From Nitrosopumilales archaeon (GTDB lineage: Archaea; Thermoproteota; Nitrososphaeria; Nitrososphaerales; Nitrosopumilaceae): DNA of 32,000 bases. A program made the position numbers and the translations under genes. The notes under the pieces are model-generated. The model worked only from the letters and a program-made list of their open reading frames with translations. It ran no database searches and was not told the DNA's origin. Below, one piece after another: positions 16,034 through 25,838 of this stretch (position 1 is its first letter; each line of letters starts with the position of its first letter). Where the stretch lies: positions 1 through 32,000 of the forward strand of contig QYQE01000026.1 in the NCBI GenBank assembly GCA_007280335.1, written 5' to 3'.

Positions 16034-17284
16034 TTAGGTTGACGAATTCATTTTCAATTTATTTTTTCTGACTTTTCTTATGTAGATGACGGAAAAAGCT
16101 ATTGCAGGCAAAAATACGAAATAAAGCAGATATTGTATCAAGTTATCAAATATCAAATCTTGTGTTGCTGCTTTAGGAACTATCCTATAGATTGCACCAT
16201 CTGATAATGAAACAATATACAATAGACCGTCTGGTCCTGCAACCAAATCTGTCATACACCCAAATCCTGTACCGAATATTATTTCATCCATAGAGTCACC
16301 ATAATCTACAACTTTGTCAGCTAGTTGAGGTGATTTGAAAACAAAACCATCTCTGTTATCATTTAATTCAAATCTGTATAGATTTCCATTATTGCAATCT
16401 CCAACAAACACACTGTTTTTGTATTTCCCAAACTGTGGGGAATTGACAAATGCTATTCCTGTAGGCGCAACTGTTTTCATCCAAGTAAATTGTGGATCAT
16501 GATACTGATATCCGGGATAGCCTGGAAGTTGTGCTAACTGGGTTTTATTTGCAGTACCCATGATGACATCCCAACCGCTGTTAAAGTTTGGTGGCACCAT
16601 GTTAACCTCATCACCAAAATCATCACCATTTTCTGTATCCCAAAGTTTTCCAGTTACAGGATCAACAGTTAAACCAAAACTGTTTCTAATTCCCATTGCA
16701 TAATACGGCCCAGTAGGAGCAACTCGCCAAATAACACCCATATCATTTGGTTCACCAATTGGATGATTCTGCAGTTTTCCATATTGGCCTGCATCTCCAA
16801 GAACAATGTATACTGAATTATTTAGATCAGTTGTCATGGCTCCACCGTTATGGTAGTCTTGTGTCTGCGGGAAATTCTTTATGAGAGTTTTATGTATCAG
16901 CACACTTCCATTCCAATCATAACTATAGATTCTCTTCCCTATGGCAGGTCCATCATTGAATGAAGATTGTGTAAAGTAAAGGTACACCTTGGTTCCAACA
17001 TTAATGATTCCAAGCATTCCCTGTTCTCCAATACTTGTGACATTTTCATGAAGTACTGGTTCTTGTTGCTGCACACCATCTCGTATTAGTACAACATTGC
17101 CAGATATTTTTTGTAAAACTAGTATGTTATCTTTGTCCACAAAGTCCATTGTGGTTGGACTACAACAAATATCTGGAACATATTTTTGAACTACAAAATC
17201 ATTGTCAATTATACTAGGTTGAGAATACACAGGCAAAATTATGCAGATGGATAATACAAAAATTAAAAGTAACCAGAACTTCAT
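16034..17284 (-). CDS. PQQ-dependent sugar (glucose/sorbosone) dehydrogenase-like beta-propeller, exported and C-terminally anchored
   Basis: Signal peptide MKFWLLLIFVLSICIILPVYSQP. Propeller motifs include GEQGMLGI, HNGG, GIRNSFGL..DP.TG.LW..ENG.D..DE.N and GPDG.LY. A C-terminal TM segment follows. Confidence 0.75.
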   Translation of the reverse strand: MKFWLLLIFVLSICIILPVYSQPSIIDNDFVVQKYVPDICCSPTTMDFVDKDNILVLQKISGNVVLIRDGVQQQEPVLHENVTSIGEQGMLGIINVGTKVYLYFTQSSFNDGPAIGKRIYSYDWNGSVLIHKTLIKNFPQTQDYHNGGAMTTDLNNSVYIVLGDAGQYGKLQNHPIGEPNDMGVIWRVAPTGPYYAMGIRNSFGLTVDPVTGKLWDTENGDDFGDEVNMVPPNFNSGWDVIMGTANKTQLAQLPGYPGYQYHDPQFTWMKTVAPTGIAFVNSPQFGKYKNSVFVGDCNNGNLYRFELNDNRDGFVFKSPQLADKVVDYGDSMDEIIFGTGFGCMTDLVAGPDGLLYIVSLSDGAIYRIVPKAATQDLIFDNLIQYLLYFVFLPAIAFSVIYIRKVRKNKLKMNSST

Positions 17285-17437
17285 TGATTATCGTCTAAAC
17301 TACTGATTATTAAATTTCAAGATGATGGTTCTTTACTGATCCACATACGATATTCATCAATTATAACGTCTCCAACAAAATTTGACTCATTTTCGTCTGC
17401 AAACCTTTTAATTTCAAAAAAATCTAAGTTAAATCAA

Positions 17438-18715
17438 ATGGGGATGAACATAACAGAAAAGATACTTGCCAGAGCATCTGGACGTGCCAGTTTAGCTCCC
17501 GACGATGTTGTTTTTGCCAACGTAGACAAGGTAATGGTTCATGATGTTTCTGGACCTGGAGTGATAGCAGTATTTGAAAAATTGAAAAAACAGGGCATGA
17601 AGATAGAAAAGCTCTGGGATCCATCCAAAGTCTGGGTTGCAGAAGATCATTTTGTCCCTTCTGCTGATAAGATATCAGCTCAAAATATCGTACTTCTTAC
17701 CAATTTTACAAAAGAGTTTGGAATTTCAAAACACTTCAAGTATGGAATGGGTCAATATGGGATATGTCATACATTATCGCATGAAGAGGCAATGGTTTTG
17801 CCAGGTGAGGTCTATGTCGGAGGAGATTCACATACTAATACTACAGGTGCGCTTGGTGCATTTGCAGTAGGTCTTGGTCATACCGATGTTGCCTATGTTT
17901 TGTTAAATGGAAAGATCTGGTTCAAAGTGCCTCCAACAATTTACTTTAAGCTAAACGGCAAATTACCAAGTCATGTAATGGCAAAAGACTTCATACTGAA
18001 AATTATAGGTGATATTGGTAACGACGGTGCTGCATACAAAACAATGCAATTTGGAGGTAGCGGAGTTTCTGAAATGTCAGTTGAAGAACGTCTTACTTTG
18101 ACAAACATGACTACAGAAGCTGGAGCAAAAAGTGGAATCATAGAACCAGATCAAAAACTTAGAGATTATCTATCTACTAGAGGTGCAACAAAATACAACG
18201 AAGTTCACGGAGACCAAGACGCACAATATGAAAAGTTATACGAATACGAAGCATCTGAACTTGAACCGACTGTTGCAAAACCATTCTCACCAGAAAACAT
18301 TTCTGCAGCACGGGATTTGTCCTCAATTGAGCTAGACAAAGCATACATTGGTTCTTGTACTGGTGCCAAGCTTGAGGACCTAAGAGCAGTAGCAAAGATT
18401 CTCAAAGGAAGACATGTAAAGATTAGAACCGAGATCTTGCCAGCAGCAATTTCAATATTCAAAAAGGCAATGGATGAAGGTCTCCTTAAAATTTTTATGG
18501 ATGCTGGGGTAGTTGTTGGTCCGCCAACTTGTGGTGCTTGTTGTGGAGCACACATGGGAGTCTTGGCAAAAGACGAGGTTTGCATCAGTACTACCAATCG
18601 TAATTTTCCAGGAAGAATGGGACATTTAGAATCAAAAACATATCTTGCATCTCCACTTGTTGCGGCAGCATCTGCTGTTACTGGAAAGATTACTGATCCG
18701 AGGGATTTGAAATGA
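17438..18715 (+). CDS. Aconitase-family dehydratase large subunit, archaeal type (3-isopropylmalate dehydratase or homoaconitase)
   Basis: 425 aa. NITEKILA, VGGDSHT, the cluster cysteines GSCTGA and CGACCG, and TTNRNFPGRMG are all present. Confidence 0.85.
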   Translation: MGMNITEKILARASGRASLAPDDVVFANVDKVMVHDVSGPGVIAVFEKLKKQGMKIEKLWDPSKVWVAEDHFVPSADKISAQNIVLLTNFTKEFGISKHFKYGMGQYGICHTLSHEEAMVLPGEVYVGGDSHTNTTGALGAFAVGLGHTDVAYVLLNGKIWFKVPPTIYFKLNGKLPSHVMAKDFILKIIGDIGNDGAAYKTMQFGGSGVSEMSVEERLTLTNMTTEAGAKSGIIEPDQKLRDYLSTRGATKYNEVHGDQDAQYEKLYEYEASELEPTVAKPFSPENISAARDLSSIELDKAYIGSCTGAKLEDLRAVAKILKGRHVKIRTEILPAAISIFKKAMDEGLLKIFMDAGVVVGPPTCGACCGAHMGVLAKDEVCISTTNRNFPGRMGHLESKTYLASPLVAAASAVTGKITDPRDLK

Positions 18716-19194
18716 AAGGGTCTGTAATAAAATACGAGAAAGATGATATCGATACGGATGTAATCCTTCCAGGTCCTTATCTTAAGATTCATGATTACAA
18801 GGAACTTGCGAAACACGCAATGGAAGGCTTGGACAAGGACTTTCATTCCAAGGTAAAGGAAGGTGATTTCATAGTTGCAGGTCGTAACTTTGGTTGTGGT
18901 TCATCAAGAGAACATGCTCCAATAGCACTTTCCTATTCTGGGCTCAAAGCAGTTTTGGCTTTGTCATTTGCAAGAATATTTTACAGAAATGCAGTAGATG
19001 GTGCATTTTTGCTGCCAATAGAAATTGATGAAAATTCATACAAGGATATTTCAGAAGGTGATAATCTTGAGATTGACACTGCAAAAAATGAAATAAAAAA
19101 TCTAACCAAAAGCAAGACTTACCCGATGAAGCCTTTTCCTGAATTAATTGGAAAAATTGTTGCTGCTGGTGGGCTGTTCAATTACAAGCCATAA
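18712..19194 (+). CDS. Aconitase-family dehydratase small subunit, archaeal type
   Basis: 160 aa. DIDTDVILPGPYLKI and AGRNFGCGSSREHAP are present. There is a 4-nt start/stop overlap with the large subunit gene. Confidence 0.85.
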   Translation: MKGSVIKYEKDDIDTDVILPGPYLKIHDYKELAKHAMEGLDKDFHSKVKEGDFIVAGRNFGCGSSREHAPIALSYSGLKAVLALSFARIFYRNAVDGAFLLPIEIDENSYKDISEGDNLEIDTAKNEIKNLTKSKTYPMKPFPELIGKIVAAGGLFNYKP

Positions 19195-19282
19195 AAATGC
19201 AGTTTCAAATTTTTCTCCTTCATTCTAGATTAAAAAGATCGAGAAATGATATTTATTGAGGATTTCTTGACGCAGAAAGTAA

Positions 19283-19654
19283 TTGACTCAAAATTATATT
19301 AATACAGATACTGTCAAATTAACGGAAATTCTAAAGCTAGATGATTCTATTAGGTTTGTAGGTAAAATAAAAAATCGTAAATTGCAGTCATTTGTGAGAA
19401 ATGAAAACAAAACGCCATTACTTAATGAGGAGTTGGATAACATGGCTCACTATCAAGCCTCTGTGAAGGCAAATATGGAAAATATGTTTGATAGTACTCT
19501 TGGCAAGACAAACTGGATGATTACCTCAAAAGAAAAAGTAAAACTAATCACGCTTTTCTTAGATGATGGTTTACTCATCTTATCTACAGAATCTGACATA
19601 AATCACGATGAAGTAATAAGAAAAATTCAAAGTCTGAATCTGAATTTCAGTTAA
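19283..19654 (+). CDS. Small conserved hypothetical protein, paralog of 5496-5900
   Basis: 123-aa ORF with a TTG start. Its motifs are shared with the 5496-5900 ORF, as noted there. Confidence 0.5.
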   Translation: MTQNYINTDTVKLTEILKLDDSIRFVGKIKNRKLQSFVRNENKTPLLNEELDNMAHYQASVKANMENMFDSTLGKTNWMITSKEKVKLITLFLDDGLLILSTESDINHDEVIRKIQSLNLNFS

Positions 19655-19709
19655 TCAACCTCACGATTTTTTATACCATTATATCTTGCATCTACAGAGA
19701 ATTTTGTAT

Positions 19710-21125
19710 ATGTCACGAACTCTATTTGAGAAGATTTGGGATTCTCATGTTGTGGTACAACAAGATGATGGACCTTCTCTGCTTTATGTAGACAGGCATC
19801 TTGTTCATGAAGTAACATCACCACAGGCTTTTGATGGATTGAGAATGAATAAACGAATAGTACGAAGAACCGACCTTACATTTGCTACAATGGATCACAA
19901 TGTTCCAACAACTGACAGGTCATTACCAATTGTAGATCAAATCTCTTCAAGACAGATCCAAGTGTTAGAGAAAAACTGTAAAGATTTCGGAATTGAATTA
20001 TTTGATATCCATAGCCCAAATCAAGGAATAGTGCATGTTATTGGCCCAGAGCTTGGTATAACATTGCCTGGCACCACAATTGTTTGTGGAGACAGTCATA
20101 CCTCTACACATGGAGCCTTTGGCTCACTGGCATTTGGAATAGGAACAAGTGATGTAGAACATGTCTTGGCTACTCAATGTGTCTGGATGGAAAAGCCAAC
20201 AACTTTTGAGATCAAAGTAGAAGGCAAGAGAAAAAATCCACATGCTATTACTGCAAAAGACATCATACTTTCTATTATAAGACAGATAGGAACTGCAGGT
20301 GGAACTGGCACAATAATAGAGTATCGAGGAGGGACAATATCAGATCTTACCATGGAACAAAGAATGACAATTTGTAACATGTCTATTGAAGCTGGTGCAA
20401 GAGCTGGCCTTGTTGCTCCTGATGAAAAAACATTTGAGTTCTTGCGAGGAAAGAAATATGTTCCAAAAAATTACGATGAACTTGTAAATTACTGGCGTGA
20501 AAATCTAAAAAGTGATGCAGGAGCACATTTTGATAAAAGCTTTACACTGTACGCTGACAAGATATCACCACAAGTATCATGGGGGACAAATCCTGCAATG
20601 ACTACTGATGTGACAGGAACTGTTCCGTTTCCAGAAGAATATTCTAAAGGAAATGTGGATGAAGAAAAGGCAGCACTCAAAGCATTACAATACATGGGTC
20701 TCAAGCCTGGAACACAAATCACAGACATTTCACTTGATCGAGTCTTCATTGGTTCTTGTACAAATTCAAGATTAGAAGATTTGATTGAAGCATCCAAACT
20801 CATCAAGGGTAAGAAGATCTCATCTAAAGTGCGTGCAATGGTTGTACCAGGTTCACAACTTGTAAAAAGACAAGCAGAACAATTGGGGTTGGATAAAATT
20901 TTCAAGGATGCAGGATTTGAATGGAGAGAATCAGGTTGTAGTATGTGTCTTGGAATGAATCCGGATATCTTGGCCTCTGGTGAGAGATGTGCTAGCACAT
21001 CAAATAGAAATTTTGAGGGAAGACAAGGTGCAGGTGGAAGAACTCATCTTGTTAGCCCTATTATGGCAGCAGCTGCTGCGCTAGCAGGACATTTTGTTGA
21101 TGTGAGAGAATTGGATTTGAATTAG
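19710..21125 (+). CDS. leuC: 3-isopropylmalate dehydratase large subunit, long bacterial-type form
   Basis: [52 protein letters not shown] and [12 protein letters not shown] are present. The track ORF begins at TTG 19686, but ATG 19710 fits the family N-terminus. Confidence 0.9.
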   Translation: MSRTLFEKIWDSHVVVQQDDGPSLLYVDRHLVHEVTSPQAFDGLRMNKRIVRRTDLTFATMDHNVPTTDRSLPIVDQISSRQIQVLEKNCKDFGIELFDIHSPNQGIVHVIGPELGITLPGTTIVCGDSHTSTHGAFGSLAFGIGTSDVEHVLATQCVWMEKPTTFEIKVEGKRKNPHAITAKDIILSIIRQIGTAGGTGTIIEYRGGTISDLTMEQRMTICNMSIEAGARAGLVAPDEKTFEFLRGKKYVPKNYDELVNYWRENLKSDAGAHFDKSFTLYADKISPQVSWGTNPAMTTDVTGTVPFPEEYSKGNVDEEKAALKALQYMGLKPGTQITDISLDRVFIGSCTNSRLEDLIEASKLIKGKKISSKVRAMVVPGSQLVKRQAEQLGLDKIFKDAGFEWRESGCSMCLGMNPDILASGERCASTSNRNFEGRQGAGGRTHLVSPIMAAAAALAGHFVDVRELDLN

Positions 21126-21126
21126 C

Positions 21127-21702
21127 ATGGAACCATTTAAAAAAATAAAAAGCATTGTTACACCTCTTGATAAGGTAAATGTAGATACTGATCAGATAAT
21201 TCCAAAACAATTTTTAAAACTAGTGCAAAAAACTGGTTTTGGCCAGTATCTATTTTATGATTGGAGGTTTGAAAATGGAGATAAACCCAGAGAAGACTTT
21301 GTCTTAAACAATCCAAAATACTGTGATTCAAAGATATTGCTTACAAGAGACAACTTTGGGTGCGGCTCTAGCAGAGAACACGCTGCGTGGGCTTTGCTTG
21401 ATTATGGATTTAAGGTAGTCATTGCTCCGTCTTTTGCAGATATATTTTACAATAACTGTTTTAAAAATGGAATTTTACCAATAAGGCTTGACTCTCAAAG
21501 TGTAGAAAAATTATTTAACAATTCATCTGAGATTGAAGCTGATTTACAAAACCAAACCATAGCTGTTGGTGATATCATCATTCCTTTTGAAATAGAAAGT
21601 CACAGAAAAAAGACTCTGCTTGAAGGACTAGATGATATTGCTGTCACTTTACAATACGAAGATAAAATAACTATGTATGAAAAATCTAAATCTAAACTTT
21701 AG
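21127..21702 (+). CDS. leuD: 3-isopropylmalate dehydratase small subunit, long bacterial-type form
   Basis: VDTDQIIPKQFLK, NFGCGSSREHAAWAL and IAPSFADIFYNNCFKNG are present. It starts 1 nt after the leuC stop. Confidence 0.9.
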   Translation: MEPFKKIKSIVTPLDKVNVDTDQIIPKQFLKLVQKTGFGQYLFYDWRFENGDKPREDFVLNNPKYCDSKILLTRDNFGCGSSREHAAWALLDYGFKVVIAPSFADIFYNNCFKNGILPIRLDSQSVEKLFNNSSEIEADLQNQTIAVGDIIIPFEIESHRKKTLLEGLDDIAVTLQYEDKITMYEKSKSKL

Positions 21703-22430
21703 GTTTTCATTTTTTTGATTATGTTTTTTACTATTTCCTGATTCCTTTCTATTTTTGTCGGTGATTCTACATCTATCCAAGGAGTTTTTTCTATGTCAAA
21801 TGCACTAATTGATTGATTTCTTGACAATCCTTGTAAAATATCATATGACAAATTGATCTGTTTTTGTTTTCTCTGTTTAGATTTGATTAACTTTAAAATT
21901 TTTGTTGCAAGTATGTATATGCCAAGACATTCTACCATTGCTAACTTGATAATTGGTTTCTCTTTGAATTCTAAAATCAAACCATCTTTTACAACAGCAT
22001 AACCTGTTTCCTCTTTTCTATAGCCTCTTGTAGCAACACAAGCAGTGCTTTTCTTTTTCTTGTAGAATTTTAACATCTTTCCAAGATCAACAGGAGTAAG
22101 GTTGTCTGCAAACCATAATAGAAATTCAGAACTTTTTCCCAAAAGACTAGACAGATGAACAAGGTCTCCACCTGTACCACTTTGAGAATCCTGAACAAAT
22201 CTTATTTTTTTCTTGATTGTTCTATTTTCAAAATATCCTTGTATCTGACTGCCAATTCCGTTATAGTCGGCAAGAATAATTACCTCGTCGATAAAACCAA
22301 AGGAAGAAACATACTGTACTATATGATCTATGAGAGGTTTTCCCTCTATTGGGATCATTGCCTTTGGAAAATAATCCGTAAACGGCTTACCCCTTGTACC
22401 CCGTCCACCGGCCAAAATTACAGCTTTCAA
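21699..22430 (-). CDS. Sugar-phosphate nucleotidyltransferase
   Basis: N-terminal MKAVILAGGRGTRGKPFT...PKAMIPI signature. Confidence 0.8.
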   Translation of the reverse strand: MKAVILAGGRGTRGKPFTDYFPKAMIPIEGKPLIDHIVQYVSSFGFIDEVIILADYNGIGSQIQGYFENRTIKKKIRFVQDSQSGTGGDLVHLSSLLGKSSEFLLWFADNLTPVDLGKMLKFYKKKKSTACVATRGYRKEETGYAVVKDGLILEFKEKPIIKLAMVECLGIYILATKILKLIKSKQRKQKQINLSYDILQGLSRNQSISAFDIEKTPWIDVESPTKIERNQEIVKNIIKKMKT

Positions 22431-22433
22431 ATC

Positions 22434-22880
22434 TTACCTGTATGATTTCTGCTTTCTTCTTCTGGCACTAGGCCCACCAAACTTCTTGGGTTCTTTTCTC
22501 CTATCGTCTCCGCTTAGAAGATGTTTATCAAAATCAGTAAGGCGTTTTTTAAGATCCTCACGCACTGTTTTTGTAAATGGATGATCTTTTGGTTCTTTCT
22601 TTGATTTTGTCCAACCAGTCATTGCTCTTGAAATAGCTACAGAAGATGCATAGGCTTGTCCCATAAAACCGCCACCGCTTACTCTAACAAAAAGATCAAT
22701 TTTATCTCTCAAATCGCCAGCAATCTCTAATGGTGCAAGCATTATCTCTCGTGCAGTTTCTTGTTGAACCATCTCTACGGGAGTGTTGTTTACTCTAACC
22801 ATGCCTGCTCCTTTTGAAATGTGAACATGTGCTTTTGCAGATTTTCTTGATGCAAAATAACTTTCTACTCTAGTAACCAT
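22434..22880 (-). CDS. rps9: Ribosomal protein uS9
   Basis: GGGFMGQAYASSVAISRA and the basic C-terminus GGPSARRRKQKSYR are present. Confidence 0.9.
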   Translation of the reverse strand: MVTRVESYFASRKSAKAHVHISKGAGMVRVNNTPVEMVQQETAREIMLAPLEIAGDLRDKIDLFVRVSGGGFMGQAYASSVAISRAMTGWTKSKKEPKDHPFTKTVREDLKKRLTDFDKHLLSGDDRRKEPKKFGGPSARRRKQKSYR

Positions 22881-23350
22881 TATTCATGCCATCCTACCAT
22901 TCTTCCAAGATCTCCCATGCTAGTATAGTATGGAGAAGCTTTTCTAATCTTTGCATCCTCAAATTGTGTAGTTGTCATTGATTTAAGCTCATTTGGTACA
23001 CCCAAGTATGCTCTTAGTCTCTTGAATGCAGTTATCCCAGATGGTTTTTTTGGTAGCATGCCTCTTATCATCTTGGTTATCATGGTGTCTGGTCTTCTTG
23101 GGTGAAATGGGCCAAACTTTGGATTGTTAATACTTGCAATCTCTAAAAATTTTCTGTATGATTTTATGATGGCGTCTCTATCACCGCTTAACATGACATT
23201 CTCAGTGTTTACAATTGATACTCGATTTCCATTAATCAAGAGTTTTGCTACATGTGAACACAGTCTTCCTGCAATCATGTTTGTTCCATCCACTATGATG
23301 TTCTGAACTTGTTTGACTTCAGTCTTTGTTTGGGTTTGTTGTTTAGCCAA
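22880..23350 (-). CDS. rpl13: Ribosomal protein uL13
   Basis: IIVDGTNMIAGRLCSHVAKLL and MIRGMLPKK are present, and the gene sits in the conserved order with S9. Confidence 0.9.
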   Translation of the reverse strand: MAKQQTQTKTEVKQVQNIIVDGTNMIAGRLCSHVAKLLINGNRVSIVNTENVMLSGDRDAIIKSYRKFLEIASINNPKFGPFHPRRPDTMITKMIRGMLPKKPSGITAFKRLRAYLGVPNELKSMTTTQFEDAKIRKASPYYTSMGDLGRMVGWHE

Positions 23351-23690
23351 TTATTATCACTCCTTTTCCTGTTGGGTAACTTTTTATTAGATCAGTAAAA
23401 TTGAGAATTTTTCCACCAGAGTCTAGAACCTTTTTGGCACCCGAAGTAGAAATAGAAAATGAGCAAAGTGTTATTTTATGTGAAAGGTAACCAGTTCCAA
23501 GCACTTTTCCTGGAACAACAACTATGTCATTGTTTTTTACAAATTTATCTATTTGACCAATATTGACTGTTCTTCTAGCACTAGATGGTTTGAGTGCAAG
23601 TTCTGCTAGTCTTGACCATATTGGAGCTTTGTTTTTCTTTGATGCTCCTTTGAGTTCCTTTACCATTTGTATAACAACTTGGTTGGTCAT
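23343..23690 (-). CDS. rpl18e: Ribosomal protein eL18 (L18e)
   Basis: APIWSRLAE...RRTVNIGQI...VVVPGKVLGTG matches the L18e pattern. It lies between rpoD and L13, as is usual in archaea. Confidence 0.85.
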   Translation of the reverse strand: MTNQVVIQMVKELKGASKKNKAPIWSRLAELALKPSSARRTVNIGQIDKFVKNNDIVVVPGKVLGTGYLSHKITLCSFSISTSGAKKVLDSGGKILNFTDLIKSYPTGKGVIIIG

Positions 23691-23729
23691 TTGTAATATT
23701 GCCTTTTTTAACCCAAATATAATGCATGC

Positions 23730-24365
23730 TCATCCAAGGGTAGAAATTACTTGCTTGAAACTATCTAATCTTTTTGCAAGCTCTTCTACTCCAGCTGATA
23801 CTATTTGAGATGGTGTCATTGCGCCTGTTGTTTCTATAGTTAAGATATGATCTTCAGGGTTTCCAGTTTCTATTAATACTGACACTGTCGCAGAATTCCA
23901 TTTTGCATGTTCTGTACCCCTTCCTAATCTTGCATAGGCTTCAAGCTTTAACTTTTGATTTGGTGCAAGTTCAATAATTGGAATCTTGTCACTAACTGGT
24001 TTTACAACTTCATCTTCTGATGTAAGCTCAGCCGATGTAACAGTTCTTGTAGTATCTGCAGAGCCTGCATCGATCATTAACATAACTCTGCAACGAGAAC
24101 AACCAACCTCACTATGGCAATCACAATTTGATGCTTCGACAAACCTTGTTAGATCTGTCTTTATTGGAATCATTGCAAGTCTGTGGGCTATGCCCTCATC
24201 TGCAAGGACAGAAGAATTTTCAATTATCACTACATCATCAATGGCAAAAACAGGTACTCCTGTAAGGCAAATCCTTCTTAATGCGTTGGCATATTGTAAT
24301 GGTACATTCTTTAATTTAACAACAATCTTTCGTTCATTTTGCTCAATAATCTCTAAAGAAGTCAA
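23730..24365 (-). CDS. rpoD: DNA-directed RNA polymerase subunit D (Rpo3)
   Basis: ANALRRICLTGVPVFAID, LADEGIAHRLAMIPI, GTEHAKW and a CDCHSEVGCSRC loop are present. At 211 aa it has no ferredoxin-like insertion. Confidence 0.85.
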   Translation of the reverse strand: MTSLEIIEQNERKIVVKLKNVPLQYANALRRICLTGVPVFAIDDVVIIENSSVLADEGIAHRLAMIPIKTDLTRFVEASNCDCHSEVGCSRCRVMLMIDAGSADTTRTVTSAELTSEDEVVKPVSDKIPIIELAPNQKLKLEAYARLGRGTEHAKWNSATVSVLIETGNPEDHILTIETTGAMTPSQIVSAGVEELAKRLDSFKQVISTLG

Positions 24366-24450
24366 ACCTTAGCGAAAACAATCGTTAGTCCAAATAAAAA
24401 TCTAGCGAGTTTTTCCGTATAGATAAATACCAAAGTTGAATATCACAATT

Positions 24451-25137
24451 ATGGATAAGCCATCTGTAGTCAGATTTGCTGTTGAAGGAGAAAAATTTGA
24501 GATTCTTGTAAAGCCAGACCCAGCACTTGATTTCAAGTTGGGAAAAAAGAAGGATATTTCCTCTATAATGATCTCTGAGGAGATTTATTCAGATTCTAAC
24601 AAGGGCACACGAGCATCGACTGAAAAATTGATGAAAGCATTCAAGACAACAGATCAAACTGCAATTGCCACTATGATTCTTCAAAAAGGTGATCTTAACC
24701 TAACAACAGATCAAAGACGAAAGATGGTTTCAGAAAAACGTAAACAAATTGTAGAATTTATTGCCAAAAACTTTGTCGATCCCAGATCTCATCTTCCTCA
24801 TCCGCCGCTTAGGATAGAGCAAGCCATGGATGATGCACGCGTCTCAGTTGATCCGTTCAGAAATGTAGACGAACAAACAAAAGATATTGTTGAACAACTA
24901 CGTTCCATCATACCATTAAAATCAGAAAACATGCTTCTTGAAATTCTGGTACCAGCACAGTTTGCTGCACAATCTTATTCAGTTTTAAAATCTGTAGGGT
25001 CTTTAAAAAAAGAAGAATGGCAAGCTAACGGTGCTCTTAAAGTAATACTAGATATACCGGCTGCAGCAAGGGCAAATGTGATAGATAGATTGGGATCAAT
25101 AACAAAAGGTTCTGCTTCTGTTGAGGTCTCGAAATGA
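24451..25137 (+). CDS. SBDS/Sdo1 ribosome maturation protein
   Basis: VRFAVEGEKFEILVKPD at the N-terminus, plus its conserved position upstream of rrp4. The track ORF begins at TTG 24436, but ATG 24451 is preferred. Confidence 0.85.
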   Translation: MDKPSVVRFAVEGEKFEILVKPDPALDFKLGKKKDISSIMISEEIYSDSNKGTRASTEKLMKAFKTTDQTAIATMILQKGDLNLTTDQRRKMVSEKRKQIVEFIAKNFVDPRSHLPHPPLRIEQAMDDARVSVDPFRNVDEQTKDIVEQLRSIIPLKSENMLLEILVPAQFAAQSYSVLKSVGSLKKEEWQANGALKVILDIPAAARANVIDRLGSITKGSASVEVSK

Positions 25138-25838
25138 TGGAAACAAAAAGAAGATACGTAATTCCTGGCGACGTTATAACAACAGGACCCTTTAGACCAG
25201 AACAAAATGTCTACCAAGAAGGAGATCGAATTATTTCTACAAGTGTAGGTATTTCTGAAATTTTCGATAATGCTGTACGTGTAATTCCACTTACAGGAAT
25301 ATACATGCCAAAAACAAACGACCTGATTATAGGCAAAGTAATAGGACATTCGTCGTTATCATGGGAGTTTGATATTAACTCGTGTTTTGTAGGATTTTTA
25401 CCAGCTCAGGATGTTTTTGGCAGAGACTATTCTCCCACCAAAGATGAGCTTAAAGAAAGACTTGACAAAGGGGACTTGGTTGCAGCACGAGTTGCTAATT
25501 TTGATAGATCGCGCGATCCATTACTTACTGTACAGGACAGGGATCTTGGAAAAATTGAATCAGGAGAGCTAATTGAGATTTCTCCAAGCAAGGTTCCAAG
25601 ACTAATTGGAAAACGAGGCTCTATGATCCAAACAATTGAGATGGCTACAAAGGCAATGATTACAATTGGACAAAATGGATGGATAGTTGTTTCCTCTGAA
25701 GATCCCGATGGATTATTAAAGGCAATAGAAGCAATCAGAATGGTTGATGCTCAGGCACATATGCCGAACTTGACTGAAAGAGTCAAATCCATGCTTGGGG
25801 TAGAACTTGGAGATAATAATGACACAATTAATGAATGA
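25134..25838 (+). CDS. rrp4: Exosome RNA-binding subunit Rrp4 (S1 + KH)
   Basis: VIPGD at the N-terminus, S1 region GDLIIGKV...W..DI and KH region KVPRLIGKRGSMI are present. It has a 4-nt overlap with the SBDS gene. Confidence 0.85.
   Translation: MMETKRRYVIPGDVITTGPFRPEQNVYQEGDRIISTSVGISEIFDNAVRVIPLTGIYMPKTNDLIIGKVIGHSSLSWEFDINSCFVGFLPAQDVFGRDYSPTKDELKERLDKGDLVAARVANFDRSRDPLLTVQDRDLGKIESGELIEISPSKVPRLIGKRGSMIQTIEMATKAMITIGQNGWIVVSSEDPDGLLKAIEAIRMVDAQAHMPNLTERVKSMLGVELGDNNDTINE

Noticed and set aside
17322-17339. AUGAUGG followed 7 nt later by CUGA in the divergent promoter region upstream of the dehydratase large subunit
   Set aside because: The spacing is far too short for a C/D-box guide RNA, and there is no second box pair.
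18205-18846. 213-aa minus-strand ORF antisense to the dehydratase large/small subunit genes. The same applies to 20489-20998 antisense to leuC and 23986-24372 antisense to rpoD.
   Set aside because: They are long only because the sense genes lack the reverse-complement stop triplets. They have no motifs, and the sense strands carry unambiguous conserved families.
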